64,000 bases of DNA from Candidatus Latescibacterota bacterium (GTDB taxonomy: Bacteria; Latescibacterota; UBA2968; UBA8231), in the NCBI GenBank assembly GCA_964291625.2, contig OZ220089.1, forward strand, positions 1,920,001-1,984,000, written 5' to 3'. Below are positions 7,112-16,391 of the stretch, in pieces. The position numbers and the translations under genes were made by a program. Each line of letters begins with the position of its first letter. Position 1 is the first letter of the stretch. The notes beneath the pieces are model-generated. The model made no database searches, was not told where the DNA came from, and saw only the letters and a list, made by a program, of their open reading frames with translations.

Positions 7112-9445
7112 TCAACGCAGGACCGTGAGCTTGCGCAACTGCACGGCCTCCGCCGTCACCAGGCGGTAGACATAGACCCCGCTGGCCAGGGGACGGCCTC
7201 GCTCATCCCGTCCGCCCCAGCGCAGGCGGTGCAACCCCGCCTCCTTCGGGCCCTCGTGCAGCACCGCCACGCGCTGGCCGGTCAGGGCGAACACCTCCAG
7301 CCGGGCTGGGCCCGGCTGCAGCTGGAACCAGGAGATCACGGTTCCGCTGTTGAAGGGGTTGGGCGCGTTCTGCTGCAGCTGCGGGCCGTCGGGCAACCCG
7401 AGCCGCTCCCGAGCCAAGGCCTGCAGCTTGCCACGGGCCGGATCTTCGAAGTGGTCCACAAAGAGGAAGAAGTCCCCCAAGTCGACGCTGCCGCTGCCGT
7501 CGAGGTCGAAGAGGGGGTCGCTGCCCCCGAAGGCCTCGGCGAAGAGGAAGAAGTCGGAGAATCCGACCTGTCCATCGGCGTCGAAGTCCGGAGTGGCCCC
7601 GGCGGTGGCGGTGAAGGTCACGGACTCGAGATCTGCCACAGTGACGACGACGGTATAGATCCCGAACTCCTCGCCCAGGGTCAGGGTGGTGGCCGCCAGG
7701 CCCTCGGCATCGGTGGTGTCGCTGACGGCCGACAAGGTACCGCCCTCGCCCGCGACGGCGAAGGTGACCACGGCACCGGGGAGGGGCTCCCCGTTCTGAT
7801 CCCGCACCGAAGTGACGAAGGGATCGACCAACTCGCCGCCGGGCGATCCCCGCTGGTTGTCACCAGACAGCTTTGACAGAGTCCGGGGGTGCCGTAGAAC
7901 AAGCTGCACCTCAGAGAGACGGACAGGGGTGCCCCCCAGGGGTAGTCGCAAAGAGAGGCGGTGTCCATCGTTGATGAGAATTCCAGACCATCTCTCAATG
8001 CTGTCGCTGTCGGACAGCTCGATGTCATACAATCCAGTGACGGATTGATAGTCAGAAATCGTAAAGGCCGCACGGCCTGTTATTTGGGACAGAGAGTCCC
8101 AGGAAGCGTTCATGGGCAAGGAGTATACAGGACGGGTTCTGGTCCCGGAGACAGGTCGATACACCCTGAGATGCAGCACAGGAAGAAGGGGGTATCCAAT
8201 GAATTGTGGGGTATGCCGCTCTTCTACAAGTGCGGCATACCCCGGAATCTCAATCTCCAAGTCAGCTCGGCCGACCGTCTGCCCTGAGAGTTCCCAGGGC
8301 CTGCTCCGGTCAGCGAAGAGGCCTCCGGCAAGAACCAACTTCAAGGTGAACGGTGGACCTCTTCTGATGGGGATGGAAGGCCAGCTGGTTCTAGGTCGGT
8401 ACATGTACACAGACCAATCGACATCTTCCCACAGGTACAAGGTGTGGAACCTGTAGCGTCCGTCTCGGGGAGTTACCACGGGGATACGGCCCCTCGAATC
8501 GGTGACGGCCTCGAAGAACCCAAAGAAGTCGTATCCGTCTGATGACATCGTCATCTTCAATCCTTCGATCGGATTCCCGAGAGAGTCGACGACAACCACT
8601 TCTCCAGACACGGCATTGTGAGGCGGAAAGTGCGACAGGTCCCATAGCCAGGTGTTGTGGTAATAATGGTCGTCGTCATCCCGAGAGAATCTATGAGAGT
8701 GGGCTTGATTGGATGCGCAAAGGAACCGGCCGTCAGGAGAGAATTCGACTCGGCCGGAGATGTCCTCCTCGTAGTCCCATCTTCCATAGCCCCATGTGTT
8801 CAGACGAACCAACCATCGACCGTTCACATCCGCCAGTTCAGTGAAGTGACGTAACTCATAGGCGACCAGCGACCTGTCGGGGGAGACGGCGCGAGAAGTG
8901 GAGAATGAATCAAAGTAGGTCACTTCGAGTGAGCCCGTGGCAAGATCCCACAGGTTGATTCCATTGTTCTGATTGTTGAAGGCAATCGTCTTGCCGTCGG
9001 TCAGGAACTCTATGTTTCGATCGCCCTTGGCCGCGTCGTCCTTGAAGGATTGCACGATCGTCAGGCTATCCAGGCGGACAACGACGACGTTCACGGAGTC
9101 GTCCAGCATAATCGCCAGGAGACTCTCATCGGGCGACAGGGCAAGAGCATATTGCCAATAGAAGGTTTCCCTCTTGTCCTCGCTGTCGAGGACGGTTTCC
9201 AGGACGGGCGTCACTTCGACGCTGTCGACGATCTCGTAGCTGTCGACATTCCAGTACCTGAGCGTCAGCAATCGTGATCTTCCTCTTATTTCCGAAGTCA
9301 CGATGGTTTCATTGTCGATCACCTTCAGGAGCTGTCCTGGGAAGGACGCTTTCGGCTGAACCTGTCCTAGTGCTCCGGGGGCGTCGGGTGGGATCGCAAG
9401 AGCCAGGACAGGCCAGGTTAGAAACATGATCACAAGGACTTTCAT
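7112..9445 (-). CDS. Secreted mosaic protein: WD40-like beta-propeller, Ig-like (Big_1), EF-hand/dockerin-like and FlgD/T9SS-like C-terminal domains
   Basis: Signal peptide MKVLVIMFLTWPVLALA; LALSPDES/AVSPDRS/VEFSPDGRFL/LWDL repeats; LSKLSGDNQRG..VTFAV..TDAEGLA; PDFDADGQVGFSDF, DLDGSGSVDLGDF; QNAPNPFN...ASGVYVYRL. Confidence 0.8.
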   Translation of the reverse strand: MKVLVIMFLTWPVLALAIPPDAPGALGQVQPKASFPGQLLKVIDNETIVTSEIRGRSRLLTLRYWNVDSYEIVDSVEVTPVLETVLDSEDKRETFYWQYALALSPDESLLAIMLDDSVNVVVVRLDSLTIVQSFKDDAAKGDRNIEFLTDGKTIAFNNQNNGINLWDLATGSLEVTYFDSFSTSRAVSPDRSLVAYELRHFTELADVNGRWLVRLNTWGYGRWDYEEDISGRVEFSPDGRFLCASNQAHSHRFSRDDDDHYYHNTWLWDLSHFPPHNAVSGEVVVVDSLGNPIEGLKMTMSSDGYDFFGFFEAVTDSRGRIPVVTPRDGRYRFHTLYLWEDVDWSVYMYRPRTSWPSIPIRRGPPFTLKLVLAGGLFADRSRPWELSGQTVGRADLEIEIPGYAALVEERHTPQFIGYPLLPVLHLRVYRPVSGTRTRPVYSLPMNASWDSLSQITGRAAFTISDYQSVTGLYDIELSDSDSIERWSGILINDGHRLSLRLPLGGTPVRLSEVQLVLRHPRTLSKLSGDNQRGSPGGELVDPFVTSVRDQNGEPLPGAVVTFAVAGEGGTLSAVSDTTDAEGLAATTLTLGEEFGIYTVVVTVADLESVTFTATAGATPDFDADGQVGFSDFFLFAEAFGGSDPLFDLDGSGSVDLGDFFLFVDHFEDPARGKLQALARERLGLPDGPQLQQNAPNPFNSGTVISWFQLQPGPARLEVFALTGQRVAVLHEGPKEAGLHRLRWGGRDERGRPLASGVYVYRLVTAEAVQLRKLTVLR

Positions 9446-9573
9446 GGGTGCCCTCTCAGCGTGTGCCTCCTGGTTGCAGGTGAACGACCTGTGCCCGGCG
9501 CCTGATCGAGCCCAACTGCCATCCCTTGATGGTAACCACCAAGATCCCGGAGCACGTGTATGTCATCCCCCCA

Positions 9574-9672
9574 TTCCACGGCCGGCACGTGCAGGAGGTG
9601 GGGAGGAGGCCAGCACCTGGCTGGTGGCCGTCGTCTGACCACCACGAGGACACGACGCGGCGAGCGGCGGCG
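9574..9672 (+). pseudogene. Degenerate duplicate of the 5' part of the Gfo/Idh/MocA gene at 5062
   Basis: ttccacggccggcacgtgcaggaggtggg...ctggtggccgt..gaccaccacgaggacacg..gcggcggcg matches 5116-5217 (FHGRHVQEVG vs FHARHVQEVG) with indels and a stop. Confidence 0.7.
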
Positions 9673-9711
9673 TGATCGGCAGACGCGACAGAAGCCCCTG
9701 AACCCACCCCC

Positions 9712-12078
9712 TCACCGCAGCAGCAGCATTCGCCGGTGCACCGCCCACTCGCGGGTCTCGAGCCGGTAGACGTAGACACCGCTGCCCGCTTCCCGGCCGT
9801 ATTCGTCCCGGCCGTCCCAGGACAGGCGGTGCTCGCCGGCCCCGGGGGCGTCGACCTGCAACTCCCGCACCACCTGGCCCGACAGGTTGTAGATGCGCAG
9901 GCGCATGGCCTCGCCCGCCAGGTTCACCGGCACCTGGAGGGGGATCACCGTGGAGGCGTTGAAGGGGTTGGGCGCGTTCTGCTGCAGCACCGGCCGGGCG
10001 GGGCCCGCTCCCGGGCGGATCTCCCAGGCTTCGTCGTCGATCACCACCACCATGGCCTGCCCCAACTGAGCGAAGACGGCCAGCTCTTCGGGCTGGCCGG
10101 CCAGCCCTTCATAGAGCTGCCTCGGCATCAGCGGCCGGTAGGCCCGGTCGATCCACACGTCGTCGCGCAGGACGAAATCGCGGCCCATCCAGTGGGCGGT
10201 GGCCGCCGTCTCCTCCACGTCCGTCGTCGTCCCGAAGTCCTCGTCCCCATCGTCCGCGCCGTCCGCGGCCCCATCGCAGGTCGGGCAGGGGTCAAAGTCG
10301 TCGCCCCCGCCCGCCAGGTCGCGCGGCTCGGGGTTGACCTCCACGCCCTCGTCCGGGGCGAACAGGGATGTCCGCCGCGTCACCAGGCGGTAGTCCAGCC
10401 CCAGGGCCAGGATGTCGTCGAGCAGCTCCTGCTCGGGGCCGAAGCGGGCGATCTGCTCCTCCAGGGCCAGCACCTTCTGGTAGGCCCACAACCGGGGCAA
10501 CAACTCCAGGGAAACGTCGGTATCCGTGAACTCCAGCGGGTAGTCCACCAGGACGTCCGCCTCCCCCACCTGGCCGCTCACGCTCAGGGTGTAGAGCCCG
10601 CCCTGCTGGTAGCGGCCCACCTGGAACAGCTCCCGGCCCGCCGCCAGGGCCTCCACGCCCCGCGGGTGCACGTCGTGGATCTCCGCCGTGCCGAAGGACA
10701 GCTCGTCCACCAGCAGCACCGGGAAGGTGAAGTCCTCGAACAGCTCGCGAAGGGCCGCCTCGATGTCTCCCTCCTCCGACAGGAAGTGCGACTCGCCGCC
10801 GTGCTCCTCGGCCAGCACGGTCAGGAAGTTCTGGTCCACGTCGCCGCCCACGCCGATGGTGAACAGCCGTGCTTTCCCCCCCGACCACTGCCCCACCAGC
10901 TCGCTCAACGGCCCCAGCTCGATCTCGCCGATATTCGGCAGCCCGTCGGTGAGGAAGATCACGTGGTTCACCCGGCCGGCGGGAAAGGCCTGCTGCATCG
11001 CTCTTCCGAGACCCGCCTCGAAGTTGCTCACCCCCAACGCGTCCTGCTGGTTGATGAAGGCCGCCGCCGACTCCAGGTTCGACCGGTTGGCCGGCACCGG
11101 CGCCGCGGCGAAGGCATCCGCCCGGTGGCTGAAGACGACGATGTTGAACAGGTCCTTCTCCACCAGATTCTCCAGCGCCGCCACCAGCGCCCCCTTCACC
11201 GCCTCCAGCTTGCCCCGCTGCATGCTCGACGAGATGTCGATCACGAAGGTCAGGCTCCGAGGCAGGGGATCGGCCGCGGTCAGCTCCGGCACGGGCGGCA
11301 GCCACAGGGCGTAGTAGCCCAGGGCCTCGTCCTCCTCCGGCGCGAAGCTGAGCACCGTGGGCAGCTCCAGGTCCCCCGTCCGCTGCAGGCTGAGGGTGAA
11401 GTCCTCCCGCGGCGTCAGGTCCTCGTCTCCGAAGAACACGTTCGCCGTGTGCGCGTCGGGACGGCCCACCTCCGTGAGCCGCGGCAAGCCCGAGGTGGTC
11501 GCCTCGAAGACGTGCTGGCTGCGCACGTGGGCGCGCAGCACGAACAGCTCCATCTGCAGCGCCTGGTCGGTCTCCGGCGCCAGCGGGAAGGTGTAGTCGA
11601 TGCGGCCGTTGCGCGCGTCCAGTAGCTGCATGTACTCGAACTCCACCCGGCGGGAACCCTTGGCCGGGAAGGGGAAGATGCTCAGCCGGAACTGGTTCGG
11701 CGTCACCTGCTCGATCAGGGCCGGGTCGATGCGCTGGCGCACGATGTCGTCGTAGACCCGCCGCGCCTCCTCCTTCTCCATGATCAGCCCCTGGATCCGC
11801 TTGTCCCCGATCCACAGCACCAGGTCGGTGATGATCGCCCCCTCGGGCAGGGTGAACTCGTAGATCCCCTCCACCTCCCACTCGGCGTGGTTGGTGAAGA
11901 TCTGGTCGGTCCGCGTGCGCGCCACCCGCTCGTCGATGCGCACGTCCACGGTCACCCTCGTCAACTCCAGGTGCTGGCGGCCGTCGTCGCCGACGCCGGT
12001 GTACACGTAACCGATGCCGAGGGTTGGCAGCGGGGTCAGCAGCAGGGCGGCGGTGAGAAGGATGTGTCGAGAGTTCAT
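9712..12078 (-). CDS. Secreted VIT + vWA domain protein (inter-alpha-trypsin inhibitor-like) with FlgD/T9SS-like C-terminal domain
   Basis: Signal peptide; VIT (VDVRIDERVARTRTDQIFTN..EGIYEFTLPEGA); MIDAS FVIDISSSM; IFLTDGLPN; FTIGVG; LPRLWAY; QNAPNPFN..GSGVYVYRL; RBS AAGGAG before ATG 12078. Confidence 0.9.
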   Translation of the reverse strand: MNSRHILLTAALLLTPLPTLGIGYVYTGVGDDGRQHLELTRVTVDVRIDERVARTRTDQIFTNHAEWEVEGIYEFTLPEGAIITDLVLWIGDKRIQGLIMEKEEARRVYDDIVRQRIDPALIEQVTPNQFRLSIFPFPAKGSRRVEFEYMQLLDARNGRIDYTFPLAPETDQALQMELFVLRAHVRSQHVFEATTSGLPRLTEVGRPDAHTANVFFGDEDLTPREDFTLSLQRTGDLELPTVLSFAPEEDEALGYYALWLPPVPELTAADPLPRSLTFVIDISSSMQRGKLEAVKGALVAALENLVEKDLFNIVVFSHRADAFAAAPVPANRSNLESAAAFINQQDALGVSNFEAGLGRAMQQAFPAGRVNHVIFLTDGLPNIGEIELGPLSELVGQWSGGKARLFTIGVGGDVDQNFLTVLAEEHGGESHFLSEEGDIEAALRELFEDFTFPVLLVDELSFGTAEIHDVHPRGVEALAAGRELFQVGRYQQGGLYTLSVSGQVGEADVLVDYPLEFTDTDVSLELLPRLWAYQKVLALEEQIARFGPEQELLDDILALGLDYRLVTRRTSLFAPDEGVEVNPEPRDLAGGGDDFDPCPTCDGAADGADDGDEDFGTTTDVEETAATAHWMGRDFVLRDDVWIDRAYRPLMPRQLYEGLAGQPEELAVFAQLGQAMVVVIDDEAWEIRPGAGPARPVLQQNAPNPFNASTVIPLQVPVNLAGEAMRLRIYNLSGQVVRELQVDAPGAGEHRLSWDGRDEYGREAGSGVYVYRLETREWAVHRRMLLLR

Positions 12079-12139
12079 GGCGGGGCTCCTTTCGCAGGAG
12101 AGGCAACGGCGGAGGTTGGAATGTACCCCGTCAACTGGA

Positions 12140-12177
12140 CAGGAATTGGGCTTGTACAAGCGAGAGTCTCGAGATGT
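12140..12177. repeat. 38-bp direct repeat, copy 1 (contains 12-bp palindrome GCTTGTACAAGC)
   Basis: caggaattgggcttgtacaagcgagagtctcgagatgt; one mismatch to copy 2. Confidence 0.9.
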
Positions 12178-12639
12178 AGTGGAGCGGTACTGCGCCCCGG
12201 CGCGCGGATCGAGGCCCGGCCTCCCGGACTTGCACCAGGCCGGGCCACGCGGGCCGTGAGGAGCCCCCCGCGCTCAGCCCGCCCGATGGTAGACATCGCT
12301 GGGGGTTTCGTAGACGCCGGCCCCCACCGACTGCCCCGACGCATCCGTGGCATCCCCATTCGGCGGTGTGAGAACCGGCCGGCCGCTCACCAGTATGGCG
12401 GTAGTAACAGTATTGTGTGCACATCTGTTCCTCCCCAGGGAGTCGCGGAGACGTCCGCTGTGACCGTGCGCATGTGGCGGGGTGGCCGATACTTCCCCGG
12501 GAAGGGAATGCAAGAAGCGTGCCTTCAGGTTCTCACCGTGCATCATCTCTCGACTGGCCGGCGCGGGCTGCTCAAAATCGACAATCCTTCCAGTTTCCTG
12601 GACAACCAGTCCCTCGCAGGCCGGACTCGTCCGGTTTCC

Positions 12640-12730
12640 CGGACAAGCTGGGCGTCCCTCTGGAAACCCATCACGTTGCCCTCCGTGTCCCGGAAGCCGG
12701 CGAACCAACCCACGCCGGGGATGCAGGAAA
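12640..12730 (-). pseudogene. C-terminal remnant of a VOC/glyoxalase-family gene
   Basis: IPGVGWFAGFRDTEGNVMGF is the typical C-terminal motif of small VOC proteins; its N-terminus is replaced by repeat copy 2. Confidence 0.65.
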
Positions 12731-12761
12731 TGGGCTTGTACAAGCGAGAGTCTCGAGATGT
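12724..12761. repeat. 38-bp direct repeat, copy 2
   Basis: caggaaatgggcttgtacaagcgagagtctcgagatgt. Confidence 0.9.
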
Positions 12762-13143
12762 CATGGCTCGTCAGGCTTGAGCCCCAGGCGCAACGGGTCC
12801 CCAAAGGCCCGGGTCCACAGCAGCGTCTCCTGCCGCCGACCGGACGGATCGGCGCAGTGCAGGGCCACCAGGCCGTCGGGCCGGCCTTCGTATTTCACCT
12901 GGATGCCGCGACCGCCCGCCCGGCCTCGTCCACCAGGTCCACCCACAGGCCGCGGGGGAACTCCGGCGACTCGATCATCACGCGGCCGGCGGCATCGCTC
13001 ACCGCCTGCGCCCGGCCGGTGCTGTCGGTGCCGGCGGCATGGCGGAACTCGGTCTCCGCCGCCGCTGCGGTGGTGGCGACGGCCAGGAGAAACACGGCTT
13101 GAAGCAGGAGCAGGAGAAGGCGGGGCAGGGCGGCGCTGGCCAT
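12761..13143 (-). pseudogene. Third, frameshifted and truncated copy of the LRR-protein gene (N-terminal domain only)
   Basis: MASAALPRLLLLLLQ...AAGTDSTGRAQAVSDAAGRVMIESPEFPRGLWVDLVDEAG, frameshift near 12915, then GIQVKYEGRPDGLVALHCADPSGRRQETLLWTR...KPDEP*, ending at repeat copy 2. Confidence 0.85.
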
Positions 13144-13165
13144 GGGAGGGAAGGCGGAGGTTGAG

Positions 13166-14944
13166 TCAGTAGGTGATTTTGACACCCCGTGCCTCCAGGG
13201 CGGGGATCTGCTCATTGATGGCCTGGTCGCTGAGGGGGTTGCCCGCCAAGTTGACCTCGTCGCCCTGACCCAGGCCGGTGTTGGCGACCAGGGGGCCGAT
13301 GTCCTGGATCTGGTTGTCTTCCAGCTCCAGCAACTCCAGGCTGGTCAGGCCGGCCAAAGGGGTTGCATCGAGGATCTTGTTGCTACCCAGTACCAGCCGT
13401 TCCAAGTTGGTCAGAGCGGCCAGAGAGCCCACATCGACGATCCCGTTGTCACGCAGACCCAGCCTCTCCAGGTTGATCAGAGCGGCCAGAGGGCTAACAT
13501 CGACGAGCTCGTTGTTACGAAGCGAGAAAAATCTCAGGCGGGTCAGGGAGGCCAGAGGACTCACATCGACAATCTCGTTGTCACTCAGGTCCAGCCAGCT
13601 CAGGTTGGTCAGGGCGGCCAGAGGACTCACATCGACGATCCCGTTGTTACCAAGAAACAGCGTTCTCAGGCGGGTCAGGGAGGCCAGGGGACTCACATCG
13701 ACCACGCCGCTGTAAGCCAGGGCCAGCACTTCCAGGCTGGTCAGGGAAGCCAGGGTGCTCACGTCCACCAAGTTGCCAGTCAGCCATAGCCTCTGCAGGT
13801 TGGCCAAAGTAGCCAGTGGGCTCATATCCACTATGTCGTTGAGAGTCAGCTGCAGCGTTTCCAGGCGGGTCAGGGAGGCAAGTGGGCTCACATCCACTAT
13901 GTCGTTGTAACCCAGCTGCAGCCATTCCAAGCTGGTCAAGGCGCCCAGAGGGCTCACATCGACAATCTCATTGTACTTCAGATTCAGCGTATCAAGGCCG
14001 GTCAAGTACTCGAGACCCACCACACTACGGATGTTCCTCTCCTCTACCTCCAGCAAAGTCAGCGAAGTGACTCCCCGTCCGGTCACTCGCCCATACCGAC
14101 GCACCAAGGCTTCCCTCACGGCTGCTTCGAGATCTCGATCCTCAAACCAGTGGGAATGAAGAATCAGCCCGCTGGGTGGAAGCACGTCGCTGCCTTGGTA
14201 GACCGCCGCTCCAAAGATGGGGTTCTCGAGTGATTCGATCACAGGCTGATGCGTCTCCTGCAAGTGCCTCACCAGTGTTTCTATGGCCTCCGCCTGACCC
14301 ATGTCGACCACTACGGCGACATCGTCGAGCCTGACGGCCAGCATTCCGTCCTGACCTGTCCAGCTCTGCCGGATGAATCCGGCCACGGCTTCCCAGCCGA
14401 CGAGCCGGCTTGACTCCAGCAGCCCTTCGGCGCTCGGATCGACCCGCCAGTCGATGGAGGTCAGCCCCGCCGGCAGGTCCGCGGGCTCACCGGGCCTCAG
14501 CGCGAAGCGCAGAGGGCTCCCCCCGGGACGGGTCCATAGCAGCGTCTCCCGCCGAAGACCGGAAGGATCGACGCAACGAAGGGCCACCAGGCTGTCGGGC
14601 CGGCCCTCGTATTCCACCTCGATGCCGGCCAACGCCTGCCCCGCTTCATCCACCAGGTCCACCCACAGGCCGCGCGGAAAGTCCGGCGACTCGATCAGCA
14701 CCCGGCCGGCGGCATCGCTCACCGCCTGCGCCCGGCCGGTGAGATCGGTGCCGGCGGCATAGGAGAACTCCGTATCCGCCGCCAGTGCGGGGGCGGCCAA
14801 GGACAGAAGGACCCCGGCTCGAAGGAGGGACGGGAGAGAGTGGGGCAGGGCGGTTCTGGTTATGGGACTGTGCCTGGAAGAGGAGGGCTCTCCGGCCTGC
14901 CGGGCGAGGACAGGTTCGGTGGAGGTTGGATCAGTAGTTGACAT
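13166..14944 (-). CDS. Secreted internalin-like leucine-rich repeat protein (copy B, ~12 x 22-aa LRR); start uncertain
   Basis: Repeats LxxLxLxxNxIVDVSPLAxLTx; C-cap GNPLSDQAINEQIPALEARGV; the position homologous to the paralog ATG is ATA (14861-14863). Confidence 0.85.
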   Translation of the reverse strand: MSTTDPTSTEPVLARQAGEPSSSRHSPITRTALPHSLPSLLRAGVLLSLAAPALAADTEFSYAAGTDLTGRAQAVSDAAGRVLIESPDFPRGLWVDLVDEAGQALAGIEVEYEGRPDSLVALRCVDPSGLRRETLLWTRPGGSPLRFALRPGEPADLPAGLTSIDWRVDPSAEGLLESSRLVGWEAVAGFIRQSWTGQDGMLAVRLDDVAVVVDMGQAEAIETLVRHLQETHQPVIESLENPIFGAAVYQGSDVLPPSGLILHSHWFEDRDLEAAVREALVRRYGRVTGRGVTSLTLLEVEERNIRSVVGLEYLTGLDTLNLKYNEIVDVSPLGALTSLEWLQLGYNDIVDVSPLASLTRLETLQLTLNDIVDMSPLATLANLQRLWLTGNLVDVSTLASLTSLEVLALAYSGVVDVSPLASLTRLRTLFLGNNGIVDVSPLAALTNLSWLDLSDNEIVDVSPLASLTRLRFFSLRNNELVDVSPLAALINLERLGLRDNGIVDVGSLAALTNLERLVLGSNKILDATPLAGLTSLELLELEDNQIQDIGPLVANTGLGQGDEVNLAGNPLSDQAINEQIPALEARGVKITY

Positions 14945-16391
14945 TGACACCCCGTGCTCTCAGGGCGGGGATCTGTTCGTTGATGGCCTGGTCGCTGAGG
15001 GGGTTGCCTACCAACATAACCTCATCCCACTGACCCAAGCCGGTGTTGGCGACCAAAGGACTGATGTCGTGGATCTGGTTGTCGGACAAGACCAGGGACG
15101 ACAGGTTGGTCAGGGAGACCAACGGTCCCACATCGGCAATCTGGTTGCCACCCAGCGCCAGATAACGCAAGCGGGTCAACGAGGCCAAGGGGCTCACATC
15201 CGCAATCTGGTTGCCACCCAGCTCCAGAAATTCCAAACGGGTCAACGAGGCCAAGGGGCTCACGTCGGCAATCTGGTTGCGGTACAGCGCCAGCCATCCC
15301 AAGTTGCTCAACGTGGCCAGGGGGCTCACATCCACAATCTGGTTGCTACCCAGCCTCAGACGATCCAAGCGGGTCAAGGGGGCCAAGGGGCTCACATCCA
15401 CAATCTGGTTCTTATCCAGCACCAGCCATCCCAAGTTGCTCAACGTGGCCAGGGGGCTCACATCCACAATCCGGTTGCCACGCAGCCCGAGATCTTTCAA
15501 GCGGGTCAAGGAGGCCAAGGGGCTCACATCCGCAATCTGGTTGCCAAACAGCTCCAGATATTCCAGGCGGGTCAAGGAGGCCAAGGGGCTCACATCGGCA
15601 ATCTGGTTGCCACGCAGCCCGAGATCTTTCAAGCGGGTCAAGGAGGCCAAGGTGCTCACATCCACAATCTGGTTGCTACCCAGCCTCAGACGATCCAAGC
15701 GGGTCAAGGAGGCCAAGGGGCTCACGTCCACGATCTGGTTGTCATCCAGCTCCATCCATTCCAAGTTGCCCAACGTGGCCAGGGGACTCACATCCACGAT
15801 CTGGCCACCCCTGGCCGACAGACCCCTGAGGTGATCCGGATCGAATGCCGGGGCGACGCTGCTATCGACATCCAAGAGCACGCTACTCCCCAGCAGAAAG
15901 GCCGCTGCCGCCTCCCAGCTGGATAGGACGTGCCCTTGCTCCGACTCAAGTAGCGTTGCGACGCTACGGTCGATCCTCCAGCGGATGCGGACGCGCCCCT
16001 CAACTAGCGGCCTCCAAAGTCGACCGACAGTCTGGAGTCTCAGCGGACGGCCGCTGGGGCGAGTCCAGAGCCATGTCTCATAGCGCGGATGCGATGGATC
16101 GACGCAGCGAAGGACCACGAGGCTGTCAGGACGGCCCCCGTATTCCACTTGGATCCCGGCCGCCTCCTCCCCCCTATCCACCAGATCCACCCACAGGCCG
16201 CGAGGGAACTCCGGCGACTCGATCATCACTCGGCCGGCGGCATCGCTCACCGCCTGCGCCCGGCCGGTGAGATCGGTGCCGGCGGCATGGGGGAACTCGG
16301 TCTGCGCCGCCAGCCCGGTGGCGGCCAGGGACAGAAGAGCCCCGGCTCGAAGTAGGGACAGGAGAGGGCGGGGCAGGGCGGTGCTGGCCAT
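14931..16391 (-). CDS. Secreted internalin-like leucine-rich repeat protein (copy A, ~12 x 22-aa LRR)
   Basis: MASTALPRPLLSLLRAGALLSLAATGLAA signal peptide; N-domain shared with copies B and C; near-identical 66-bp repeat units at ~15040-15830. Confidence 0.88.
   Translation of the reverse strand: MASTALPRPLLSLLRAGALLSLAATGLAAQTEFPHAAGTDLTGRAQAVSDAAGRVMIESPEFPRGLWVDLVDRGEEAAGIQVEYGGRPDSLVVLRCVDPSHPRYETWLWTRPSGRPLRLQTVGRLWRPLVEGRVRIRWRIDRSVATLLESEQGHVLSSWEAAAAFLLGSSVLLDVDSSVAPAFDPDHLRGLSARGGQIVDVSPLATLGNLEWMELDDNQIVDVSPLASLTRLDRLRLGSNQIVDVSTLASLTRLKDLGLRGNQIADVSPLASLTRLEYLELFGNQIADVSPLASLTRLKDLGLRGNRIVDVSPLATLSNLGWLVLDKNQIVDVSPLAPLTRLDRLRLGSNQIVDVSPLATLSNLGWLALYRNQIADVSPLASLTRLEFLELGGNQIADVSPLASLTRLRYLALGGNQIADVGPLVSLTNLSSLVLSDNQIHDISPLVANTGLGQWDEVMLVGNPLSDQAINEQIPALRARGVNVNY

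Noticed and set aside
12180-12640. Possible ncRNA or small ORFs between the two 38-bp repeats
   Set aside because: No recognisable RNA family or convincing coding pattern; treated as degenerate intergenic DNA
15040-15830. Regular ~66-bp repeats resembling a CRISPR array or DGR template/variable repeats
   Set aside because: In-frame coding LRR units with no unique spacers, no cas genes or reverse transcriptase, and no adenine-specific variation evident
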